From Squalus acanthias (Eukaryota), in assembly GCA_030390025.1 (NCBI GenBank), contig CM059431.1:110920001-110984000 (forward strand): a stretch of 64,000 nt of DNA. Reading direction: 5' to 3'. Of this stretch, positions 37,137 through 50,179 are shown one piece after another. The position numbers were made by a program, and so were the translations under genes. Position 1 is the first letter of the stretch. Each line of letters opens with the position of its first letter. Below the pieces are notes generated by a model. That model was not told the origin of the DNA and did not search any database. It saw only the letters and a program-made list of their open reading frames with translations.

Positions 37137-38009
37137 CTCTGTATTGTTTACATGTCTGGCTGGACAATACATTTTTAGTTTTCAGGCATTGCAGTTCAAT
37201 TTCTTCTTGTCCCCCCAATAAAAGACAATCATATATATTTAACTGTTTTTCCAAACATTCTTTTTTTTAATGTCTATTAATATTGAGATTATTCAGAATC
37301 TATTTTTGCAATAATTATTGAATTAAGAATTGTCGCATGGGATTTCCAACTATTAATGACTTATTTTGATTCATTGTGTCGCTGGCAGTAGTCTTCTATG
37401 AGCCTCCACAGCAACTTATCATGGGTCATTATCACACGGAAATCTTTCATAAAGAAACTGTTTTTGATCAGCTTGCACCCTACAGGGCCTGAGAAAGGAA
37501 ATAGCAGTTGCATTGCGTAAATGACTGCGGGTAGCTAGACATGCGCTTCCTGTGTATCACTGTACCTTTATCCTCATCTCCCAGACACAAACCACATCGA
37601 ACAGACAGCAATGTGACGGCCAGCTCATGGGTTCTCTCAGTTCACAGTGACTTCAACACTGATTCTGAATGAATTGTTCATATCGGCTAGAGTTAAGAAT
37701 AAAAAAAATGGAAAAATAGTCAGATGGAACCTGAAACTCGAACTGATGAGAGAGGCAGCTGGATGGATCAGATTGCCTTCGCAAGTCCCTACATTTTCAC
37801 ATGCTTATCATTGCTCAAATCGGTTTCTAATCTTTTCACACAGTAAAATCTTGATTATGTAAATGCCTCAGCAAAGATGTGCCGCCTACCCAAATCACAC
37901 GATAGATTCAGATGAAGGATCCATTTGAGCTCATCCTTCCAGAATCTAAAGTGCAAATAAATTTCTCCACATGCATGTCCAAGTGGCCATATTTACTGTA
38001 CTCATGTAA

Positions 38010-38425
38010 GTGTTGGCCATGGCTCAGTGGGCAGCACTCTCACCTCTGAGTGAGCATGGTTGTGGGTTCAAAGTCCCGCCCTAGAGATTTGAGCACAAAA
38101 TCTCGGCTGACACTCCATTACAGTATGGAGGGAATCAAGACCAAGGCCCTGCTGCCTTTGGTGGGCATAACAGATCTCATGACCTTATTTGAAGAAAGGC
38201 AGGGCAGTTCTCTCCGGTGTCCTGGCCAACATTTATCCCTCAATCAGCATCACTAAAACAGAGGATCTGGTCATTATCTTATTGCTGTTTGTGCGCAAAT
38301 TGGCTGCTGTGTTTCCTACATTACAACAATGACTACACTTCAAAAGTATATCATTGGCTGTTAAGCGCTTTGGGATGTCCCGGGGCCATAAAAGGTGCAA
38401 TATAAATCCAGGACTTTCTTTATTT
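38010..38425 (+). mobile_element. Deu-domain SINE with tRNA head
   Basis: A box TGGCTCAGTGG and B box GGTTCAAAGTCC, then a degenerate Deu core and tail. Confidence 0.8.
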
Positions 38426-38999
38426 TCTTTTAAGTAAGCTGTACTGGTCGACGAAAGCTAGCATAGGTGGCAATTGTTTTGAATGGAAAAATTCAGCTTC
38501 TGCTGTGATTTTATAATGTATTGTGGTCACCAGAATTTAATTCTAAGGCTTTCTGAATTAAAAAGGAAATCTCAAGTGTACTGGTGCCAGTGTCTGATAG
38601 CACCGACTGGGTTACGCTGGCTTCCACACGGGCTATCAGATACCAGCATCAGTTACAAGCAGCTGTCTTCAAGTTCAGTACTGTACCAACATTTGATAGT
38701 CAGTGCAGCACGAATAAACTGAAACTTTTACATAAGATTCTAATAATGGTGTTCTGACTGAAACATTCCCGTTCACCACAATCTCTAACTGCACCAGGCT
38801 GCATGTTACGATGACTTATTTAGGTATTCCTGTTAATATGGTGGCACATATACACCAAAAAAAAATCATTAACTTTTGCTTCCACAGGTCGTATTTCTGT
38901 TCATTTTCACTCATTCACCGCTCACTGGATGAATGAGGCATTATTCATATTTAAACTGCTCATGTAGACACAATTACAGCCACACTTTGGATAGGATGT

Positions 39000-39348
39000 C
39001 ACAAAGGATTCAATAGGGTAGATGCAGAGAAACTATTTCCTCTGGTGGGTGAATCAAGAACAAGGGGGATGCAATCTTAAAATTGGAGCTAAGGTGTTTT
39101 AGGAATGAAATCAGGAAGCACGTTTTCACACCAAGGGTAGTAGAAATCTGGAGCTCTTTCCCCCCAAAAAGCTGCAGCTGCCGGGGGCAATTGGAGCTTT
39201 CGAGACTGCGACTGATATTTTCTTGTTAGGTAAGGGTATCAAGGGATGTGGAGCTAAGGCGGGTAAACGGAGTTGAGGTACAGATCAGCCATGATCTAAC
39301 TGAATGGCAGAGCAGGCTCGAGGGGCTGAATGGCCTCCTCCTGTTCCT
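39000..39348 (+). mobile_element. CR1 3' fragment
   Basis: Homologous to the reverse complement of 57112-57590. Confidence 0.8.
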
Positions 39349-39821
39349 GGGGTAGAGTTGCCACTTTGGGCTCAGTCGGCAACTCCGGCGCAAATTGCGG
39401 CCAATATTTTGCCCGTTTTGAAAAGTGTTTTCTTCCCCGAATTTCCGCTAAAACTCATCTGCAGATCACCGAACGCAAAATCTGCCATGAACCAGCGCAA
39501 TCTGGCAGTGTTTTAAAACGTAATTTTTTTTTTTTAAATGTTGCTTTTAAAAATATTCCTAGATAAATTTAAGAGTGGTAACTTGGTAAAGTTTGATTAA
39601 TACAGCTGAAAATGTGTTTATCACAAAAAATAAGCATTTTAAATCACAGTGTTTATCCACCGCCTGTGTTAACCCCATTTTAAATCACTAAAAATTACTT
39701 AAAAAAAATATACAAAACTATTTGTTAGTTAGATTGGGGTACAGTAGTCAGTTCCTTAGTAAAAAAAAAATGCATTGGAAACATTTTAAAATGTACCTAT
39801 TAGTGTACTTGCGCCAAAAAC

Positions 39822-40130
39822 TCTAGAACGAGGGGGTCACAGTCTCAGGATAAGGGGTCGGCCATTTAGGACTGAGATGAGGAGGAATTTCTTCACTCAG
39901 GGGGTTGTGAATCTTTGGAATTCTCTACCCCAGAGGGCTGTGGATGCTGAGTCGTTGAATATATCCAAGGCTGAGATAGATAGATTTTTGGACTCTAGGG
40001 AAATCAAGGGATATGGAGATCGGGCAGGAAAGTGGAGTTGAGGTGGATGATCAGCCTTGATCTTATTGAATGGCGGAGCAGGCTCGAGGGGCCATATGGC
40101 CTACTCCTGCTCTTATTTCTTATGTTCTTA
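39822..40130 (+). mobile_element. CR1 3' fragment (young subfamily)
   Basis: Nearly identical to the reverse complement of 57113-57423. Ends TTCTTATGTTCTTA. Confidence 0.88.
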
Positions 40131-40584
40131 AAACAACACAGGAGAGTCGGCTTTGTCAAGCTTTGTGAGGTTAGCCTCTCCTCATTTTAATAGGCTTCTG
40201 GCGCATCAAAGAAAAATGGGCAAAGGCTGCTGAGCCAGGAGAGCAGTTAGATGCGGTGATGTAAGCTGCAGAGTGCAAATGGAGGCGCAAGTTAAAAATG
40301 TTTTCTGGTATCAGAAGGAGCACCAAGGTAAAGTGTACCGAGCTTTGCAAAGATTTTCACTGTTGGGGCACAGCATGAATGTTACAACCTCGAAATGTGA
40401 GCTGCAGGAGGTATTGTGCAACCTTTCCTATACAATCCTTTCTTGCCATACCTTTTGTGGGGCTCACAAAGAGCTAACGCAGTGACTTAAATATCGAAAG
40501 GTTAGCTCAGAACCAACAGTGTCACCAGAGACTGCGCATATCCACCACCTAACCCCCCCCACCTCCCCCCTCCCCCCCACCCCC

Positions 40585-41105
40585 AGATTGTCTGGTCATT
40601 ATCACATTGCTGTTTGTGGGAGCTTGCTGTGCACAAATTGTCGGCCGCATTTCCTACATTACAACAGTGACTACAATTCAAAAGTGCTTCATTGGCTGTA
40701 AAGCACTTTGGGACGTCCTGAGGTCAAGAAAGGTGCCTTGTAAATGCAAGTTCTTTCTTTCTTACTGTCGGAGATGCCGTCTTTCGGATGAGACGTTAAA
40801 CCGAGGCCCTGTCTGCTCTCTCAGGTGGATGTAAAAGATCTCATGGCACTATTTCAATGAAGAGCGGGGGAGTTATCCCCGGTGTCCTGGCCAATAATTA
40901 TCCCTCAACCAACTTCACTAAAAGCAGATTATCTGGTCATTATCACATTGCTGTTTGTGGGAGCTTGCTGTGCGCAAATTGGCTGCCGCGTTTCCCACAT
41001 TACAGCAGTGACTACACTCCAAAAAGTACTTCATCGGCTGTAAAGCGCTTTGAGACGTCCTGTGGCCATGAAAGGTGCTATATAAATGCAAGTCTTTCTT
41101 TTTTT
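40585..41105 (+). mobile_element. Two tandem Deu-domain SINE fragments (40585-40762, 40765-41105)
   Basis: Both match 5655-5985. Confidence 0.85.
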
Positions 41106-42504
41106 TCTTTAAATGGAGTGCTTGCCCGTTTACTTTATAGGGTACATTCTGCAAGGGAACGCTCCCAGCGCGCAGCTTTGCTCAACGGGAGCGTGGATCA
41201 GAGCGTTAGGCATGTAGGGGGGGTGGTCAGCATACCCGATTTGTAGGAACATAGGAACAGGAGCAGGCCATTCAGCCCCTCGAGTCTGTTCCGCCATTCA
41301 ATGAGATAATGGCTGACCGCCACACCTAATCCTCTGATTCCCACTCCTGCTGAACAAGCCTCATAAAATTTACCCTCATATTTTGGAGGAAAATAAAATT
41401 CTTCTTGAATAATAGTGTTATAGAAATTGAGAAGTTGTCTCATTTTATTTTGATTCTTGTTACAATTATCTTTACTTTGGTGGGGCATCCTGATCTTTCC
41501 GTGCTGCTTGTGCGTTACCACATTTTTCTTAAATTATATTCAAACGATGCTTCATTTTTCCCGGTACACAAACTGGAATTCAGTGCAGTTAGGAGAACAG
41601 AATCCTGTGACTAAGGGGTTAAACAAAATGTGACTACAACACTATATGTAATGCTGCCTGCCTGTCTCTCTCTTTATCTCCTGTGTCTAGGCTTCCTGTA
41701 TCTACAAGGATGGCCCAACCTTCAAGCATAGCTGGCTGCAATCCTGACGTCACCGGGACTCCAGTGAGTGACATTCACATCTTGAATGCAAAGTGCGTAG
41801 AGCTGGAAAGATGGTCTTAAAATACTGACCGATACTCTGGAACGTCTCAGATGTAGCAAAGACATATTTTAAGGTGCACAACTGCAGCACAAAGCAAAGC
41901 ATTCAAAGGGAGATATAACAACTGAACACATGGACATCTTTAAAGGGACCAGTGCATTAATCCTTTCCTGGCAGTTTTTTGGAACCTTTGTGATTTAATG
42001 TTTAAATAGTAAATGCCTGATTATGTATTTTGGAAATACTTCAACTCGTTTGATTTGCTAGGATGCAGTAAACAATATTTTCAAGAATGAGCGCTCAGGT
42101 AAATCTTGATGTTCAGTAGCCCTCTCCAAATCAGAAGTTGATGTAAACTGAATGCTGCCCAGTGGTGGAAAGCCCTTCAGTCGACTATTGGTGGTTTTGG
42201 ACACACACCTACTGCTAAGCCATAAGGGGATAGAAACATTGCAGCTGGACACCTAATTGTCAAGGAGAGTAATATATACCGTCTAAAGCACCACAAAAAC
42301 AGGATACAAGCCACCACACTACCATTGAACAATGACAATCAGTGCACTTATTTTTCAGTCACACTGAACCACTGACACATGATGTGGTAGAAGCAAGCAA
42401 CCAAAATATCACGTGCAGTCACATCAGGACATTTATCCTTGCGTGTCGCACACCTTTCTCACTAAGCGTATTCAGATCTAATATGGACTGAATTATCTCA
42501 AATT

Positions 42505-42599
42505 CTGACGAGCGGTGATTGACCTGAAACATTAACGCTGTTTCTCTCTCCGCAGATGCGCCTGGCCTGCTGAGCGTTTCCAGCAATTTTCTGCTTTTG
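42505..42599 (+). mobile_element. 95-bp Penelope-type LTR fragment starting at a degenerate hammerhead core
   Basis: CTGACGA GCGGT GATTG ACCT GAAA CAT. Flanked by a 9-bp direct repeat TCTCAAATT (42496-42504, 42600-42608). Related to 25830-25940. Confidence 0.6.
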
Positions 42600-43904
42600 T
42601 CTCAAATTTAGGTCAGATGCAGCACAAAGAGGACACCTCTTTAATCAGATACAAAGCCAATAATCATTACTAACCTCTTGGATACTGAAGTTCGGGAAAC
42701 ATAGATAATTGATCTTAATGATCCTAATTAATCACCAATCTTAATTAATACTAATTGATTTCCCATGGCAATAGTGTCCTAGCTTTGTGGGTCACTTAGG
42801 TGCATACCATGAAGCTTCAGGCAACATAAAATTTAACTCCATTGTCCCATTACTTTGCATATATCTAAACTTGCTGATACTGACAGATCTTGGTGTCCTA
42901 GTTTAGGATGTACCCACCAGTGAGGCAACAGTGAGGAGAACATCCTTTTCCAACTCTCCAGGCCCACAAAATCCAAGTAACAAAGTAGCAAACCAGAAAT
43001 ATGAGTAGAAATTGGACGGAATTGCCTGGGCTTCATGGGATATATTGCTGGGGCTTGGGGCCACAAGTAAACCACAGGCCATAGTTTAGACATTTCTGTC
43101 CTATCGCATTGCTCTCAGAAAAAAAATCTTTCTTTTCCTACAGCTGTCTCTCTTGTTTTTTCTTACTCTCTAATTCTTTGTGTCAGTCTCTCTCTGTCTT
43201 TCTGTCTGTCTGTCTTCCACTCTTTTGTTCCTCTCTTTGTATGGTCCTCACATACACCTCTCATTGCCTATTTCATTCATTGTCTCTAATTCTTTTTCTC
43301 AATCCTTTTTAGTAAAACTCTAAGTTGCTACCTCTCCACTCACTTTTGTGTGTCACCCAGTCTCTCCATATAGTTTTCATGTACGTCCCTTTGCTGATGT
43401 ACTTAGAGGGAAAAATTCGGTTGGTTAGCGCCGCCCGTTAGCGCCACTGGGGAGGGACGCTGACGGGGCGCTAACGACTTACCGCCCGTGCGCGGTGATT
43501 TTAGCGCTGCCGGCAAAATTGAAATGGCGGTTTGCGGTGGCGCTAAACACTACCGCCACGATTTCCTGCGTCCGGAGATCGTGACGTCATCCAAGCACAC
43601 AGCGCTCCGGTAGCGCCCCAGACTGGAAATTGATTCTCACCCCCTGCCTCAGCGCCTGCCGCTAGGAACGACAGGTAGAGGGGGACGGTTTTCAGTTGTT
43701 TGGGAGCTGGGGGAGCGCTATTTAAAGGCGTGCGCGACCTGTTTTTTCTCGTCGGCAATCAATTCTGCATATGCAGGTTGAGAGAGGGAGAGAGGCATCT
43801 GGAGACATTTAATGCTATCCTACTTAAAGGAGATTTGGTCGTCAGCAAGACTTATCAGGTTCCCATTTCTGTACCTTTTAGTACTACCACATTTAGAAGG
43901 TTTA

Positions 43905-45081
43905 ATGGGGGCTGTACTAGCACGGGGCCTCGTTCTCCAGATTCACTGTCGGAGGCAGTGGAGGCGGAGAGAGAGTGGAAAACGTGGCCAGAGGGAGGAG
44001 GGCCAACAGGCCTCTGCACAGGAGACTTTATCCTCCCAGGCTATTCCGGGAGCAATTCTCATATATCCATCTGTCCGAGGAACAGTGTTTTAGAAGGCTC
44101 CGCTTCAGCAAGGAGGTGGTCACTGAGCTCTGGCACCTCCTGCAGCCAGAGCTCCAGCCTCAGCTCAGGATCAGGACATCTCTGTCGGTGGCAGTGAAGG
44201 TGACGGTGGCTCTCAATTTCTACGCCAGCGGGTCCTTCCAGGCTTCAACGGGGGATATTGCGAACATCTCCCAGTTCGCTGTTCATTGCTGCATCCGGGA
44301 AGTCACAAATGCTCTGTACAAAAGGAGAAGGGAATACATCTCATTCCCCATGACTCGAGACAAACAGTGTGAACACGCATGTGGCTTCGCTAGGATAGCG
44401 GGCTTTCCTATGGATCAGGGCACCATTGACTGCACGCACATGGCATTGCGGGCACCTCATGAAAATGCAGAGTTTTTCCGTAACCGCAAAGGCTACCACT
44501 CTCTGAATGTTCAGTTGGTGTGCGACCACAGACAGCGCATCCTCGTCGTCAATGCCCGCTATCCTGGCAGCAGCCACGATTCATTCATCCTGCGCCAGAC
44601 TGGTGTCCCAGACCTGTTCCAACCACCGCATCAACCTCGTGGATGGCTCCTCGGGAACAAGGGTTATCCACTCTGCACCTGGCTGATGACACCGCTCCGT
44701 AACCCCAACACCCCTGCTGAGCCTGCATACAATGAGAGCCATAGTGCCACTAGGAACCTCATTGAGCAGACGATCGGCATGCTGAAGCAACGGTTCCGGT
44801 GTCTTGACCACTCTGGAGGAGCCCTGCAGTACTCCCCTGATCGGGTGTCGGTTTTCATTGTTGTGTGCTGCATGCTTCACAACCTCGCAATTCTGAGGAC
44901 CCAGCCATTGCCACCAGGGATTGGTGGACTACCTCAGGAGGAGGAAGAGGGAGAGGAGGAGGAGGAGGTGGAGGAGCAGGATTAAGAGGAGGAGGAGCAA
45001 CAACAACGTGAGAGAGAACCGCTCAATGTTGCTTCTGCAAGGGCCGTTCGTGAATGCCTCATAACACAGCGCTTCCAATGA
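43905..45081 (+). pseudogene. Harbinger transposase pseudogene
   Basis: ATG at 43905 (MGAVLARG). Frameshift in a (GA)n run near 43970. Catalytic GDKGY is changed to GNKGY. Premature TAA at 44983-44985 precedes the natural end (QRFQ*). Confidence 0.92.
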
Positions 45082-45696
45082 ATAACAGAGAAGATGGCAC
45101 TTGAGATCAAGAGCTACATCATTATAGCCAGCTCGCAGCCCCTATGACTGGCCAAAGTTCCAATGAGAAACATGAGGAAAATTATAACCTTTAAATAAAT
45201 ATTTTTATTCTCTGAACAACTGTGTCTTACACAACCAATAACAAACAAACACAACAATTTATTTACAAAGACAACTGGTTCTTAGCACATCGAAATAATT
45301 CTTAACAAAGAGAATAAGATATTTACAAACACATCCCATCTTTGGTACAAACACTCCCCCCATCTGTTCGAAAAATGTTAGTTAGTGGGCCTTCTTCAAT
45401 GATCTCCCTCCCCTTCGCACTTCCCCCCCTTCCCCCCTCCCAACCCTACTGCTCCTCCGTAATGTGGCCCCAGTGGCTGCAGCAAGGCTGGTGGAAAGCT
45501 GCTGAATCTGGGAGCCAGAGACTGCAGACGGCCTTGCAGGACCCCCTTGGCCAGCTCTGGGCCTGGAGGGCCCGACTGCAGACTGCACCACCTCAGCATG
45601 GGCGGCAGCAATCTAGGCTGGCTGGGTTACAGGCTGTGGCAAGTGCAATGGCGGAGTGGCAGTGGTGGGAGCAGGAATGCTGTCATCCTGAGAGAA

Positions 45697-46241
45697 AAAT
45701 GAGAAGTCGCACAACACCAGGTTATAGTCCAACAGATTTATTTAATTTTACAAGCTTTCGGAGCTATCGCTCCTTCGTCAGGTAAGTTAGCAATGAGAGA
45801 ATCTCCCAGAATTCACAATTTAAACCCAGACAAAATCTATTCACATTATTCGCTACAACAAAGAGCACAGCCAAGACAATGAGATGTGTCCCAGGGGGTC
45901 CAGCGTGTCAAACCACCTGCTGGCTGCATATCCTGTCAATTTGTGTTCTTGTGTTTTTAAAAAAAAAAAACACCTGGGAAGACCGGCCATGATGTCAAGT
46001 CACGTTCTGTATCGTGACATGAACCCGATATCGCGATTGAGGCCATCCTCATGAGTGCGGAACTTGGCTATCAGTTTCTGCTCTATGATTTTGCGCTGTC
46101 GTGTATCTCGAAGGCCGCCTTGGAGAACGCTTACCCGCAGATCCGAGGCTGAATGCCCCTGGCTGCTGAAGTGTTCCCCGACTGGGAGGCAACCCTCCTG
46201 CCTGGCGATTGTTGCGCGGTGTCCGTTCATACGTTGTCCGT
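45697..46241 (-). mobile_element. 5'-truncated Penelope-like retroelement (GIY-YIG endonuclease C-terminus plus 3' LTR)
   Basis: Reads QRMNGHRATIARQEGCLPVGEHFSSQGHSASDLRVSVLQ...RKIIEQKLIAKFRTHEDGLNRDIGF. 14-bp TSD TCATCCTGAGAGAA (45683-45696, 46242-46255). Confidence 0.92.
45748..45785 (-). ncRNA. Minimal type I hammerhead ribozyme motif of a Penelope LTR
   Basis: UUAC CUGACGA A GGAGC gaua GCUCC GAA AGCU U GUAA. Confidence 0.75.
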
Positions 46242-48719
46242 TCATCCTGAGAGAAGACAGCACTTTCCTGCTCGACTGACACACTGCCACTCCCCCGGGG
46301 CAGAACCTCAGCATCCGGAGCAATCTGCTCGAGCACAGATTGCTGGCCTGCTGCGGCACTGTCAGATCCCCGGTGAACAGTGGTTGCCCCAGCTATGATG
46401 GCAGCAGTCATCGCTTGCGTGGCATCAATCTGAGACTGCATCAGAGCACCAACCAATGACTCGATTCCAGCAATTAAACCATTGCGTTGCCTCGGCCTGT
46501 GCTGCAATAGATGCTGCCACCTCACCCATTACACGTGACATGGGGTCTGGGTCCCCACGGTCTCTCTGCAAGTCAACCATCCTCTGCAACGAGACAAGGA
46601 TGGGTTCAATGGTTTGCGCACAGATGACAGCTGTGCTGGCGGCGGACTCCTCCATGCTCCTAGCCAGTGCATCCATGCTGTCGGGCACCCTTGCCATTGC
46701 ACCCATGAGCTCAGTGTGCATGTTCATCACCTGAGTATTCATTGCCGCCTTATCGAGGTCCTCATCTGAGTCCTGTGCAGCAGAACTCATGCGCGCACTC
46801 ACCCTCCGGGCAGATGGCCCCCGAGCTTCCCTTTCCCCATGGCGTTGCTGCAGCCCACTGGGTCCCGGAGCTTCACCCACATCAGAGCCAATTCCTCTGC
46901 TCCCCTCCAGTGACGGCGTGGCCCCAGTATCTGATGTGTCGCCCTCGGGAGACGCAGGCAGTGAGGCTTCAGCTTGGTGTTGCTGATCCTCTCCCGCGTC
47001 ACTTCCACTGGGAGGCTGAGAGACAGTCTGGTCAGCTGGTTCACTATCTGAAAGCAGGAAGGCACAAGAGTGGCTTTAACGTGAGGGGAGGAGGGCAGGC
47101 AGGGAGCAAGGAATGGCGACAGTATACTTAGATAGAAAGTGGGAAGGGCTTGTGTTGTGAGGGGGAAGTGGTATGAGAGAGGAGGGAGAGATGATGAACA
47201 TACCGTTGCTGTCCCCAAGAGGGTCGACCTCTCCAACTGCCACAGCGCCCATGACATGGCTTGCGATTATTGTGTGCATTCGCTCCTCCAGCTGTGTGAG
47301 GGGGTGCAGCTCTGCCTGACCTCCTCCCGTGCGTTGTTGCTCCCTCTTGTTATGAGAAAGCTTGGCCTGCAAGAAAAAGTACAGCGTGTGAGTGAGTTTG
47401 CAGCCATGTGTTTGGCAGAAGTGTCTACCATAGTTGAATAGCTCTTAATGTCTGCAGGGTGTGAGATGTGGATGTGACTTTTAGTAGATAGGCATAGTTG
47501 TTGGGTGAGTGTTGGGGATTTGTCAGTTTATACCATCTGTGCACAGAGTGAGGTTGAGATGGTGGGACGTAGAGGTATTTCAAGCATGTGAGGTCGTTGA
47601 ACTTATTGCGGCACTGGGTATGAGTCCTTTGGACCAGGCTTCTGGACAAGACGTACTGGGCCACCTCCCGCCACACCCTTGTGAACTCCCGGGGCAATGG
47701 CCTCCTGCCAGTGTCTGGGACAGCACTGCCCATCGGCGTTCCACTGCCACAACCAGAGCCTCCAATGCCTGGTGGCTAAACCAGCGAGCTCTCTCCCTGG
47801 GCCTCTGAGCAGCCATGATATTCGTGTTTCAAGAATTGCACCTCCTTGCAGGCCCAGGTCAAAAGCAGCAATGATCAGAGTGAGGCTGTGCAGCATGATG
47901 GACCCTCCCCTTTAAGAACTGGAAGGCGCCAGTCTGTCTGAGGACTAGGTAATTGACAGCACCTGAGCTTGAGTAGCGCTCTGAGGTAGTGGCCCGTTCC
48001 CCATTGTTAGCGCCCTAAGAGCAGTGTGTAGTACTAAATTTAACGCTCCAATAACATCCAGGGGCGCTGGAGACGAATTTTGCGATAATTTGCGCCAGGC
48101 GCTAAATTTTGCACCCAGCCGATACCGAATTTTTCCCCCTTAATTTCTACCTTTTGCAGTTTTTAAAATCCAGTGTATGCAGCAAGTTTTACTGCAAGAT
48201 AAACGTGTACTGGATTGGCGGTGGCTATCAGGCAGGGTGAGACTGCCCAAGTGTTGCTGGAACACACATTAGTGGAGAAGAGTGTGAGGGAGCTGACAAA
48301 AGAGGCCCGGGATGCAGTGGAGTGGCTGGGACCGGGAGACAGCTGAGGGGGAGGCGTTGGAGTTCAGGATGGCTCATGGGAGGCGGCATGTGGGGGAGCA
48401 ACATCCTGGGGCTGCTTACATTCCTTGATACATTAGTGTTAGGTGTCCATCAGCAATACCACTATGCCCTTATGGTTTAGTAGTAGGTGTGAGCCCACAT
48501 CACAGACGGTCTAGCCATCTTACATCAACTTCTGATTCGGGGGATGTGACCTGGAAGACCTGGGATTTGGAAAGTGTGTGGGGTTGGAGAATTTGGGGGA
48601 TGGGATCTGGGATTACTGGGGAGTTAGAAATCACTTTAGAGGGCTTCGATCTGGGAGTACTGGGGAAGCTATCTCTGGGCTCGGTGTGTGAACTTGGTAC
48701 TGCTGGAGTTTGGTCATGT

Positions 48720-48925
48720 TTGAGGAAGTTTGTGGGGGGGAGTTCTCCCCAGTGTCCTGGGCCGATATTTATCCCTCAACCAACATCACGAAAACAGATG
48801 ATCTGGTCATTATCACATTGCTGTTTGTGGGACCTTGCTGTGCGCAAATTGGCTGCCACGTTGCCTACATCAACACACTTCAAAAAGTACTCCATTGGCT
48901 GTAAAGCTCTTTGAGGCATCCTGAA
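48720..48925 (+). mobile_element. Deu-domain SINE 3' part
   Basis: Matches 5735-5945. Confidence 0.8.
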
Positions 48926-48927
48926 GT

Positions 48928-49330
48928 TATAGAAACATAGAATCCCGTCGAGCCTGCTCCACCATTCAATACGATCATGGCTGATCATCCAAATCCAGTA
49001 CCCTGTCCCTGCTTTAATCCCCACAGTACACACATCCCACCCTACCCCCGTAATCCCACGTATTTAATTCCCCCTAACATATCCCATCCTATCCCCATAA
49101 CCCCACATATTTAATCCCCCCCTAACACTAAGGGTCAATTTTTTTATCATAGCCAAATCAACCTAACCCGCACATTTTTGGACAGTGGGAGGAAACCGGA
49201 GCACCCGGAGGAAACCCACGCAGACACGGGGAGAATGTGCAAACTCCACACAGACAGTCACCCAAGGTCAGATTCGAACCCGGGTCCCTGGCGCTGTGAG
49301 GCACCAGTGCTAACCACTATGCCACCGTGT
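48928..49330 (-). mobile_element. HE1-like V-SINE, full length
   Basis: Minus strand: tRNA head (GGTGGCATAGTGGTTAGCAC...GGTTCGAATC), V-domain GTGTGGAGTTTGCACATTCTCCCCGTGTCTGCGTGGGTTTCCTCCGGGTGCTCCGGTTTCCTCCCAC, and a CR1-derived tail. Confidence 0.88.
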
Positions 49331-50179
49331 TGTGATGGGCACTATAGAAATGTAAGTTTCTTTTGTTTGCCTCTGTTTGTCCTCTACGCTGTAGTCAAGC
49401 TCACCGAGAATTATAAAGCAACATGAGAAGTTGTCTCCATCGATCCATGCAGGTGAATCCCAGCCAGTCTGGCAAGGGCATTTCAGCACTCCTGTATAAT
49501 TCACCGATGCAGCAATTCTTCAACAAAGGTCCCTATCAAATTCTGGGCAATGTGACGAGGCATCAAAAGCTAAAGACAAAAAAAAAAGGCTTCAAGAAAA
49601 ACAAGGGATTATTATACTGCCTGTGACACAAGGGAAATATTTTCTCACTGGAATAGTTTAAGTAATAACTCATATAATCTGAAGAACATTTTATCCAAGC
49701 TTCTATTTAATATTTTTGTAGCAGTTTTCCATCAAGTGCTAACTTAATGACTTCACAGGCGCACAGAAGCTTAAGTGAACTGCAAATAAGATTTAAATAT
49801 GTTATTAAAATGTGTAATATTTCACAGCAGTTTATAAGTGACAGCTTGAAAAATACAGCAGAAAGTGTGAACAATTAAGACTGAAGGAAATGGGTTTTGA
49901 AGAACAGATTTTCATTGATTATTAAGTACACAAATCCTGGTCACAGGAGAACAAAACAACCTTGGTGGCTTAATGTGGATTTTTAAAAGAATACAAAGGA
50001 GATTGCAGTGGAAAAGATAAGTCAGAAAAAGGTATCTGTTTGTCTTCTTGTGAAACTTCATAGACCGGAACAGGATGAAACAGCTTTGCTCAGATCTCCT
50101 CCTCTGATATTAATTATGTAATCTGAGGTGCGGTGTACGGTTTTGTAAATGAAGCTATTATCTGTTTTCAAATATTGCG

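Larger units (their letters stand above)
45382..47816 (-). pseudogene. Harbinger Myb/SANT gene pseudogene
   Basis: Exon 1 (from 47816) is frameshifted and lacks its donor. Exon 2 is 47366-47204 (163 nt, as in copy 1). Exon 3 (from 47047) is frameshifted and interrupted by the Penelope insertion. Confidence 0.88.
43406..48139 (+). mobile_element. Full-length PIF/Harbinger transposon, copy 2 (inactivated)
   Basis: TTA TSD (43403-43405, 48140-48142). TIR GAGGGAAAAATTCGG / CCGAATTTTTCCCCC (14 of 15 match). Same two-gene layout as copy 1. Confidence 0.95.

Noticed and set aside
49255..49330. tRNA gene
   Set aside because: It is the tRNA-derived head of an HE1-like SINE.
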